A stretch of DNA of 12,818 nt from Gammaproteobacteria bacterium (lineage in GTDB: Bacteria; Pseudomonadota; Gammaproteobacteria; Beggiatoales; Beggiatoaceae). Shown here one piece after another: positions 6,592 through 12,749 of the stretch (position 1 is its first letter; every line of letters starts with the position of its first letter). The notes under the pieces are model-generated. The model did not search any database. It was not told where the DNA came from and was given only the letters and a program-made list of their open reading frames with translations. The stretch spans positions 1 through 12,818 of the forward strand of contig QNES01000128.1 in assembly GCA_003645255.1 (NCBI GenBank). The letters run 5' to 3'. A program made the position numbers and the translations under genes.

Positions 6592-7557
6592 ATGGATATT
6601 TACATTTTTAATGAACTCTCAAGCCCTTTTGCAACGATAACTGAAGCTAAAGAACATTTAGTGACTTTTATAAATATTTGCTTTAGAGCACGGAAATTAG
6701 GTTTTAAAACACTTCATTTACATGAAAATATTGGAAAAAGTCTTTATGAATTGCCAATAGCTCCAAATTACACCGTGTCACAATGGTTGCAAGACTCAGA
6801 GGAAGATGTCAAAAATCAATTTCGAGAAATAATAACTAAAACACCTCTGATAACGAAAGATTATCCCATTGAAAAAGAACGTAATGAACTGTCAGAATTT
6901 AAAATAGAAATCAATCATAAAACGCAATTTGCTGATGGATTAGGGGCAGCTTACTTATTAGAAACACTTTGTGTCAGCTTTTTGTCCCATGATTTATGGA
7001 ATACTGATGAGATAAAAAACGTTAAACATTGGTGTCTGACAGAAGCCGGTAATGAGCTCACAGAAATAATTGCGGTTAAACATGCGTCAAAACCAGCACA
7101 TTTAGCGAAACATCAAGCTTGGTTTGAACAGAAAAAGCGGGAAAATCTCCAAAAAAGTCGAGATTTATGGGAACTTCGATACGAATTTTTTCCTCATTTA
7201 GTTTTATGTGGTGAAGTAGAAAAACAATTGACTCGCTTAGGTATTCAATCAAAATTTTTTGATCAAATCATTGAAAAGCTGAAACGGCTCAATGAATATG
7301 CCAAAAATTGGCAAAATGGTTCATACAGTGACACAAAAGCTAAACAATATGGGCTTGATGTCAGTGGCGAATCAGAAGGTACACTTAAAAAATATGGTAG
7401 ACAACGTAAATTCAGATTACCTAATAAAAAAAAGCAATTATTTGAAAAACATATCAAAACGGGCAATTTACGTTTTCATTTTTATCCTGATGAAGAAAGT
7501 CATACGATTTATGTAGGATATATTGGTTCTCATCTAAGTACAGTTAAATTTAAATAG
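6592..7557 (+). CDS. Hypothetical 321-aa protein, third gene of the DUF262-ATPase operon, with a C-terminus resembling the RelE/ParE fold
   Basis: It starts 6 nt after the ATPase stop with no separate RBS, implying translational coupling. No recognisable N-terminal domain. The C-terminal GNLRFHFYPDEESHTIYVGYIGSHLS resembles the RelE/ParE C-terminal consensus (GDYRIIY.IDDE...V.VLRIGHR). Confidence 0.7.
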   Translation: MDIYIFNELSSPFATITEAKEHLVTFINICFRARKLGFKTLHLHENIGKSLYELPIAPNYTVSQWLQDSEEDVKNQFREIITKTPLITKDYPIEKERNELSEFKIEINHKTQFADGLGAAYLLETLCVSFLSHDLWNTDEIKNVKHWCLTEAGNELTEIIAVKHASKPAHLAKHQAWFEQKKRENLQKSRDLWELRYEFFPHLVLCGEVEKQLTRLGIQSKFFDQIIEKLKRLNEYAKNWQNGSYSDTKAKQYGLDVSGESEGTLKKYGRQRKFRLPNKKKQLFEKHIKTGNLRFHFYPDEESHTIYVGYIGSHLSTVKFK

Positions 7558-7564
7558 CTAGGTG

Positions 7565-7582
7565 TCCAAAATATATTTTGGA
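7565..7582 (+). terminator. 18-bp perfect palindrome immediately after the operon stop (putative terminator)
   Basis: TCCAAAATA|TATTTTGGA begins 8 nt after the stop at 7555..7557 and is followed by TTTCAATAAATTC. The stem is AT-rich, so it is weak. Confidence 0.35.
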
Positions 7583-7651
7583 TTTCAATAAATTCTAAAT
7601 GCTATTTTCGTCTGTGAAAAACAAACATAAAATTTTTATCGGGAAAGCGCA

Positions 7652-7746
7652 GGGAATGCGTATCATGATGCACCAGTGTGAAGGTAAAAGCAGGAAACTC
7701 ATCATAAAAATACGTTCAATGTTAGAACGCCTCAATACGCATTCCT
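7652..7746. other. About 95-nt structured element (three-way-junction-like) in the convergent intergenic region; candidate small RNA or element remnant
   Basis: Outer stem GGGAATGCGTAT (7652..7663) pairs with ATACGCATTCCT (7735..7746). Inner stem ATGATG (7665..7670) pairs with CATCAT (7700..7705). A third hairpin CGTTC-aatgtta-GAACG lies at 7713..7729. Confidence 0.3.
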
Positions 7747-7785
7747 AACGAAGACATTGGAAACGATAAAAGAACTTTATCGCCT

Positions 7786-7809
7786 AAAAAAAACTAACAA
7801 CGGTGTTAG
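7786..7809 (-). terminator. Putative intrinsic terminator of the NuoE/HoxE-like gene
   Basis: On the minus strand, CTAACA-ccgt-TGTTAG (6-bp stem) is followed by TTTTTTTT, 45 nt downstream of the stop at 7854. Confidence 0.4.
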
Positions 7810-7853
7810 ATTTGCTACCGGCATGGAATCAAAATACGAGTGGAAATAACTAT

Positions 7854-8363
7854 TTAATCTAACTTTGCCAAAATTTCATCCACTGTATCAGGTGTTAGAT
7901 TTTCATGATATTTTCGCCCAATTTGCATCATTGGAGCCCCCCCACATGCGCCTAAACATTCTACTTCTTTCAAGGTGAATTTTTTATCAGACGTGGTTTC
8001 TCCCAATTTAATGTCCAATTTCTTTTCTAGGTGCTCAACAATTTCTTCAGAACCGCGTAGCATACAAGAAACATTGGTACACATACATAATTTATGTTGC
8101 CCTACCGGTTTAAGTTCATACATAGAATAAAATGTAGCCACTTCATAAACAGCAATAGGTGACATATCTAAATAATCGGCAACGGCATCCATTAACTCTG
8201 TTGTCAACCAACCACCGTTAGCTTCTTGGACAACCGTTAAAGCACCCATCACTGCTGACTGTTTTTGATCCGATGGATATTTAACGAGCCAACGGTCAAT
8301 TTCCGAACGAGTTTCATCCGATAAGATGGCAGAAGCATTGGGTTTAGACATACGTATTGACAT
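7854..8363 (-). CDS. NuoE/HoxE-family thioredoxin-like [2Fe-2S] ferredoxin subunit (24-kDa NADH-dehydrogenase/hydrogenase diaphorase subunit), encoded as a stand-alone gene
   Basis: GQHKLCMCTNVSCMLRGSEEIVEHLEKKL....EVECLGACGGAPMMQIG shows the four-Cys C-x4-C ... C-x3-C pattern and overall NuoE/NqoE/HoxE similarity. No nuoF/nuoD neighbours are present. Confidence 0.75.
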   Translation of the reverse strand: MSIRMSKPNASAILSDETRSEIDRWLVKYPSDQKQSAVMGALTVVQEANGGWLTTELMDAVADYLDMSPIAVYEVATFYSMYELKPVGQHKLCMCTNVSCMLRGSEEIVEHLEKKLDIKLGETTSDKKFTLKEVECLGACGGAPMMQIGRKYHENLTPDTVDEILAKLD

Positions 8364-8566
8364 AATTATTTAATGGTTAATGGTTAATGAACACTATACC
8401 AATATAATGTAAACCATTGATTTATTTAAGCCATTTTTGATAACGCTCATAAAATCAATTATTTAAATTAAATCGGTATAATGTCTAATGATTGATAATT
8501 AGTAGCTACTCAGTTTTGAAATAAAGCTTGAATTGATTTATTTCAAAATTAAAAAATTAATAAAAA

Positions 8567-8713
8567 GAAATACTATTTTGTAACAAATCAGGGCAACCAC
8601 AAGGGATTGCCCCTACGTTTGAATATTTTCTGAACTCGCCAACAAAAAAAATGTTGTAGGGGCAATCCTTTATGATTGCCCTGAGTAGCGATTTTTGAAA
8701 AAAATAGTATTTC
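8567..8713. mobile_element. Small palindromic MITE-like element: 13-bp terminal inverted repeats around two hairpin-forming inverted arms
   Basis: TIR-L GAAATACTATTTT (8567..8579) and TIR-R AAAATAGTATTTC (8701..8713). Internal arm A CAGGGCAAccacAAGGGATTGCCCCTAC (8589..8616) is the reverse complement, apart from a 4-nt centre, of arm B GTAGGGGCAATCCTTTATGATTGCCCTG (8656..8683). Each arm is itself a GGGCAA/TTGCCC hairpin. The same TIR pair occurs back-to-back at 2415..2444. Confidence 0.4.
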
Positions 8714-8889
8714 TAGTACGCTCAGACTAAGTAGTTACAATAATTAATGGTTAATAATTAATGCTCAACGGGGATAGTCCACCATTAATCATTAACTATT
8801 AATCAACCTAAGAATATGCATAAAATAAAATCGACAAGTAAGAACGAAGAATTTTAAAAATTATTTTATGCACGTTCCCTAACACTTGT

Positions 8890-9174
8890 CTAATATCTTC
8901 CCCCACCTCCTCTGGGTTTGCGAGGACGTTCGTCCCTCGGACGAGCCTGATTCACCTTGAGATTTCGATCCTTCATAAGACTTGAATTGAGGACTTTGAT
9001 TGCTTCTTCCGCATCTGCTTGCCTTGTCATTTCAACAAAAGCAAACCCTTTTGATTGCCCTGAATATTTATCGGTTATTATGTTGACAGTAGTGACTTCG
9101 CCATATTCACCAAAAAGTTCTTGCAGTTCATCTTCAGTCACACTATAGGGCAAGTTACCCACATATATATTCAT
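8890..9174 (-). CDS. rbp: Glycine-rich RNA-binding protein with a single RRM domain (Rbp-type)
   Basis: RNP-2 is NIYVGNL and RNP-1 is KGFAFVEM. The tail is RPRDERPRKPRGGGGRY. The canonical bacterial or cyanobacterial Rbp is 90-100 aa. Confidence 0.9.
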   Translation of the reverse strand: MNIYVGNLPYSVTEDELQELFGEYGEVTTVNIITDKYSGQSKGFAFVEMTRQADAEEAIKVLNSSLMKDRNLKVNQARPRDERPRKPRGGGGRY

Positions 9175-9205
9175 CTATATTTTCTCTGTGCTTTGAATCA
9201 AAAAA

Positions 9206-9260
9206 CACTATTGAATAATCAAGCGCACAAATTAAACAATAGTGATTAGCCCATTAATGG
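9206..9260 (-). promoter_or_regulatory. 5' leader and promoter region of rbp, with an inverted repeat and a 10-bp palindrome
   Basis: CACTATTG (9206..9213) pairs with CAATAGTG (9237..9244) across a 23-nt spacer. The palindrome CCATTAATGG lies at 9251..9260, between the yqiK stop and the rbp start. Confidence 0.3.
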
Positions 9261-9280
9261 CTAATTCTGTGTTGTTTCAC

Positions 9281-10684
9281 TCACACCTTCTTTAAGGGAT
9301 CAGGTGAAACATGGTTTTGCAATCCTACCTCATGGGAACTTTCTTTCAGAAATTTTCCAAGTGTATCAGGTAACTCAACACCAGCCATTTTAGCAAATTC
9401 ATGCAAAGGAGGCAATACCTTAGTGATATTAGAAAGCCAATTAGCGGTTGTAGAACGACCGCTATCATTCCCCCCATCCATCACCAAAATCTTATCGAAC
9501 TGAATACCACTGATTGCCTGAGATTGAGCTTCAACAATTTTTGGCATTTGTTCAACGATCATTAACATCGCAGCTTTATCAGGCTCATTCCCCGCTGCGT
9601 TCACGATAGCCTCGAATCCCTTAGCTTTCTTTGCCAATTGCTCATAAATACCTTCTGCGTGACCCAACATTTCAGCCTTAATCGCTTCACCTTTACCTTG
9701 ACCATCTAATGCAAGCTGTGCTTTATTAGCTTCCGCTTCGATGATATATTTTGATTTAGCGATTTCCGCCGGCACGACAACATCTGCTTGCTGAGTCGCA
9801 CGCTCACGTTCTGCACGCGCTATTTCTGCCAGTCGTTCAGCCTTATAACCTTCTTCTTGAGCCGCAGCTACACTTACCGCTTCGGCGGCATCACCCCGAC
9901 GCTTAGCTTCAGCTTCAGCTTCACGACGCTTCGCATTGGAATTAGCCTCAACGACAGTGGCTTCATTTTCACCCGTCACCGCACGGGCATTAGCATTAGC
10001 TACATTGACTCGTTCTTCCTGTTTTGCATTAGATGCCCCGGTTTCACCATCACGGTGTTGCAAAGCGACTTGGACCTTTGCCCGATTGACTGCTTCAGCG
10101 GCAGCTTTTTCACCCAGGGCTTTCAAATAACCTGACTCATCTGTAATGTCAGCAATATTAACATTAATAAGACGCAATCCTATTTTTTTCAACTCCTCCT
10201 CAATATTTTCCATCACATTATGACTAAAGGTATCCCGATCAGCATTGATTTCTTCAATATCCATCGTTGCTATCGTGGCACGCAATTGTCCGAAAATAAT
10301 TTCTTGAGCCATTCCCTCAATGGCTGAAGGAGTCAAACCAAGCAAACGTATTGCTGCATTAGTCATGAGATCTTCAGTCGTACCAATGCCAAATGTAAAC
10401 TTCGAGGGTACATTGACTCGAATGTTTTGCTTTGAAAGCGCAGAGCGTAGAGGTACATCTGTCGTTATAGGTGTCAAATCCAAATAGGAATACTGCTGGA
10501 TAAGGGGCCAAACAAAAGTAGCACCCCCATGAATCGGCAACGCCGATCTACCAACACCCACTTTACCATACTTAACCAATATCCGATTAGAAGGACAAGT
10601 TTTATAGCGACGAATGGCTAACATAAAGGTTCCAAAAACCATCAAGCCAATGACAGTCACTATCATAATAATATAAATTGACAT
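9281..10684 (-). CDS. yqiK: Flotillin-like SPFH/band-7 protein (YqiK/FloT family)
   Basis: It has an N-terminal TM helix, an SPFH domain and a long Ala/Glu-rich coiled-coil (AEAEAKRRGDAAEAVSVAAAQEEGYKAERLAEIARAERERA) followed by a flotillin C-terminus. It lies immediately downstream of an NfeD-like gene. Confidence 0.85.
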   Translation of the reverse strand: MSIYIIMIVTVIGLMVFGTFMLAIRRYKTCPSNRILVKYGKVGVGRSALPIHGGATFVWPLIQQYSYLDLTPITTDVPLRSALSKQNIRVNVPSKFTFGIGTTEDLMTNAAIRLLGLTPSAIEGMAQEIIFGQLRATIATMDIEEINADRDTFSHNVMENIEEELKKIGLRLINVNIADITDESGYLKALGEKAAAEAVNRAKVQVALQHRDGETGASNAKQEERVNVANANARAVTGENEATVVEANSNAKRREAEAEAKRRGDAAEAVSVAAAQEEGYKAERLAEIARAERERATQQADVVVPAEIAKSKYIIEAEANKAQLALDGQGKGEAIKAEMLGHAEGIYEQLAKKAKGFEAIVNAAGNEPDKAAMLMIVEQMPKIVEAQSQAISGIQFDKILVMDGGNDSGRSTTANWLSNITKVLPPLHEFAKMAGVELPDTLGKFLKESSHEVGLQNHVSPDPLKKV

Positions 10685-10707
10685 ATTTTAATCCTATAGT
10701 TGAAATT

Positions 10708-11253
10708 TTAAATTTCCAATGGGTTCACAATCAATTGATTATTGGAAACGCGCACCACTTTCACTGTATGCCCTCTGGTAATTTTTTCACCTTCTGTAAT
10801 AGCTTCAAGCTCTTCAAGTCTGCCCTGAAAAGAAATATTCACTTTACCACAGCCACCGAATTTGCCTGGTATGGAAATGGAAACGATTGCTTCCTTTCCA
10901 ACCGTATTTTCTAAGTCAATATTGCCTGATTCATTTAAGGTAGCAAGCCCTTTAAGCAATAACAAATTTAAAGCTACCATAAACAACCCAATTAAAATTG
11001 CCCAAACAATAGAAATGCCCGCCTCAACGCAAGCCAGCCCTCCCCAGGAAAACCCCAGGAAAAAAACAATCGCATTTCTGAGGGTAAAAAACATGGAAGC
11101 ATCCCCACTTCCATCGTGATCCCCTCCATCTCCATCATCTGCTCCAATAAATAAGGCTACCACCATTTGAAGCATGAATAATAATGTAAAGGGAATAGCT
11201 AACCCCCAAAGAAGCTGCTGAACCCCGGTTAAACTAATCCACCATTCTTGCAT
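10708..11253 (-). CDS. yqiJ: NfeD-like membrane protein (YqiJ family), partner of flotillin
   Basis: Hydrophobic helices, an acidic Gly/Asp loop (GADDGDGGDHDGSGD) and a C-terminal OB-fold-like soluble domain, in the conserved yqiJ-yqiK order. The start is placed at the ATG (MQEWW...) with AGGG 9 nt upstream. The ORF track's GTG at 11280 would overlap the upstream gene. Confidence 0.7.
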   Translation of the reverse strand: MQEWWISLTGVQQLLWGLAIPFTLLFMLQMVVALFIGADDGDGGDHDGSGDASMFFTLRNAIVFFLGFSWGGLACVEAGISIVWAILIGLFMVALNLLLLKGLATLNESGNIDLENTVGKEAIVSISIPGKFGGCGKVNISFQGRLEELEAITEGEKITRGHTVKVVRVSNNQLIVNPLEI

Positions 11254-11263
11254 ATATTTTACC

Positions 11264-11746
11264 CTATAACGATACACCACTATTTTTTAAATCAACCTGA
11301 TTCAACAAAGCCTGATTTGATAAAAAATCTTCCAACTTCTTTGAAAAAACTTTTTCCAATACAGGTGGAATAACCTTTTCTAACTGTTTCTCAATCATAA
11401 GACTAAGTCGTTTTTCCAATTCATCTGATGAAATTTCCACATCCGGCTTAACTTCTATTGTAAAAGTTTCTTTTGCTTCCAAACTTTTTAAAGCTTCTGA
11501 TGCCACATTAGCTGCCTCCAATAATTGATTTTCATCTAAATCGCCTTCGTCACGCAATGTTGGATCTGCACAAAAATCTTCAACTGCCCAAAAAAGGGTA
11601 TTGAGTATTTTATATTCTGTTTCTGAAAAATCAGTGTTGTCATATTCAAATAATTTTAAATACTCAGCTTCAAATTGGAGCGCAGATAACTGTCCTTGCA
11701 TGAAGGAATTGATAAGTGTTCCATACGGATAAATTGTTGATTTCAT
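11264..11746 (-). CDS. Hypothetical protein, possibly a colicin/pyocin-type immunity-like protein
   Basis: MKSTIYPYGTLINSFMQGQLSALQFEAEYLKLFEYDNTDFSETEYKILNTLFWAVEDFCADPTLRDEGDLDENQLLEAANVASEALKSL resembles the colicin-immunity-like family pattern recalled from memory (EE.Y.IL..LF.AVD.F.PDP.LR.EGDIDEE.L). The start ATG overlaps the stop of the upstream gene (ATGA) at 11743..11746. Confidence 0.45.
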   Translation of the reverse strand: MKSTIYPYGTLINSFMQGQLSALQFEAEYLKLFEYDNTDFSETEYKILNTLFWAVEDFCADPTLRDEGDLDENQLLEAANVASEALKSLEAKETFTIEVKPDVEISSDELEKRLSLMIEKQLEKVIPPVLEKVFSKKLEDFLSNQALLNQVDLKNSGVSL

Positions 11747-12105
11747 GTTATATTCCCATCTGATAATAGATGCTTTTCCTGTTTCATGCTCAAATGCCAT
11801 GCCGATAAAAATTGATGGTTTTTGCATAAAACATTGAGTTTGGTTCCTGGATTAAAAAAATGTTTAATCGGTTGTCCTTTATAAGTGCCTTTTATCACTA
11901 CCGTGTTCACATCAATAATATGCTTTAACAATGCTTGTTTAAAAGCAATTAGATTTGACAAATTATAATGACCCTCTACACCAAAAACAAGAGCATGTTT
12001 AAATTTTTTCTGCAATTGTTTATCACTAAAATGGCACCGCCAAATCAGGGGCAATAACCCATTTTTTCTTATCCACTGTAAAGCATTTTGATAAATATTA
12101 TACAT
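11743..12105 (-). CDS. Hypothetical 120-aa protein translationally coupled to the immunity-like gene
   Basis: No recognisable domain. The ORF is clean, and its TGA stop sits inside the downstream gene's ATG. Confidence 0.4.
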   Translation of the reverse strand: MYNIYQNALQWIRKNGLLPLIWRCHFSDKQLQKKFKHALVFGVEGHYNLSNLIAFKQALLKHIIDVNTVVIKGTYKGQPIKHFFNPGTKLNVLCKNHQFLSAWHLSMKQEKHLLSDGNIT

Positions 12106-12140
12106 TTTTAAGTAGGTACAAGTCTTTTAACATTTTTTTT

Positions 12141-12163
12141 CGGAAATAAACCCAGTTTTTTCA
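12141..12163 (-). terminator. Putative terminator downstream of the DUF2442 cassette
   Basis: On the minus strand CCAAGTTTTTT-g-AAAAAACTGGG forms a 10-bp hairpin with one mismatch, followed by TTTATTTCCG. Confidence 0.35.
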
Positions 12164-12188
12164 AAAAACTTGGTTTCTAAACAGAGCA

Positions 12189-12311
12189 TTATAAAACCGC
12201 CTCAACCCGTGCTAACATTTTATCTGTTACTTTAGTACTGCGTTCAATTTTAGCAATATAACCTTTTGAAACACCTAAACGCTATAACGATAAAACTTTT
12301 GTCCTTTTCAA
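12189..12311 (-). pseudogene. Remnant of an XRE-family HTH gene (no start, in-frame TAG)
   Basis: The minus-strand translation IKPLKRTKVLSL*RLGVSKGYIAKIERSTKVTDKMLARVEAVL matches the XRE HTH pattern (IK.LR...GLSQ..LA..LGVS..YIS.IERG.......L..IA.AL). It is interrupted by TAG at 12282..12284. Confidence 0.3.
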
Positions 12312-12321
12312 TGGTTTTATA

Positions 12322-12564
12322 TTATTTTTTTGGACACTTGCTTTCCAAATACAAACTATCAGGGCAAAAATCTTGTCCATTTTGCCATTGAACACTGCCT
12401 AAAAAGGGTTTAACTGAGTTAAATAAACTTATTTCTTTTAATTCTCTAAATATACCTTTATCTAAATAAGGCTTAACATCAAATACTTTAACTTCTCCAT
12501 TGTTAAAAGTAAGGGTTATAGTGTAGTTTAAATTGGGTTTAACATGTTCAACTCTTGGATTCAT
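12322..12564 (-). CDS. DUF2442-family protein (small partner of DUF4160 in two-gene cassettes)
   Basis: VKPNLNYTITLTFNNGEVKVFDVKPYLDKGIFRELKEISLFNSVKPFLGSVQWQNGQDFCPDSLY fits DUF2442 (..L.v.F.dG..r.fD..P.L..G.F..L.d...F..V.v..g.v.W.ngiD..Pd.LY). Its start is 10 nt after the DUF4160-fragment stop. Confidence 0.7.
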   Translation of the reverse strand: MNPRVEHVKPNLNYTITLTFNNGEVKVFDVKPYLDKGIFRELKEISLFNSVKPFLGSVQWQNGQDFCPDSLYLESKCPKK

Positions 12565-12574
12565 AAAAATATCC

Positions 12575-12706
12575 CTATTTCAATGGAGCAATCTTGAAGA
12601 TAGTTTCACCCTGGGTAGCTAATTCCCAATCAGCCATCAATTCTTCTTGGTGTATTTCAATCCATGCCTGAATTAATTTTAGTTTACTGGACTTGAGATA
12701 ACAATT
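12575..12706 (-). pseudogene. DUF4160-family gene, C-terminal fragment only; the upstream part is disrupted by stops or frameshifts
   Basis: ...KLKLIQAWIEIHQEELMADWELATQGETIFKIAPLK* matches the DUF4160 C-terminus (..AL.LV.EW..LH..ELLENWELA..G.PL.KI.PL). An in-frame TGA lies at 12707..12709, and no intact N-terminal MPTI...DHNPPHFH segment is found in any frame up to the window end. Confidence 0.4.
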
Positions 12707-12735
12707 TCATCGACAAATATCTACATGTGGACATA

Positions 12736-12749
12736 AAATGTATACATTT
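12736..12749. promoter_or_regulatory. 14-bp perfect palindrome flanked by TGTGGAC direct repeats; putative operator upstream of the DUF4160/DUF2442 cassette
   Basis: AAATGTA|TACATTT lies at 12736..12749, ACATGTGGACAT at 12723..12734 and CATTGTGGACT at 12753..12763. Confidence 0.3.

Noticed and set aside
7263-7516. Two small ORFs (both strands) inside operon gene 3
   Set aside because: Both lie entirely within a longer coupled CDS, and they are AT-rich chance ORFs.
8957-9148. 63-aa plus-strand ORF
   Set aside because: It is antisense to the RRM protein gene.
9788-10135. Plus-strand ORFs of 115 aa and 64 aa inside the flotillin gene
   Set aside because: They are antisense to a well-supported SPFH/flotillin CDS. 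They are low-complexity translations of the Ala/Glu-rich coiled-coil region.
10678-11119. Plus-strand ORFs at 10678..10914 and 10862..11119
   Set aside because: They are antisense to the NfeD-like gene and have no domain signal.
11254-11280. GTG start at 11280 for the NfeD-like gene (as in the ORF track)
   Set aside because: That start would overlap the upstream gene's last codons by 17 nt. The downstream ATG at 11253 has an AGGG RBS at proper spacing and starts the conserved region.
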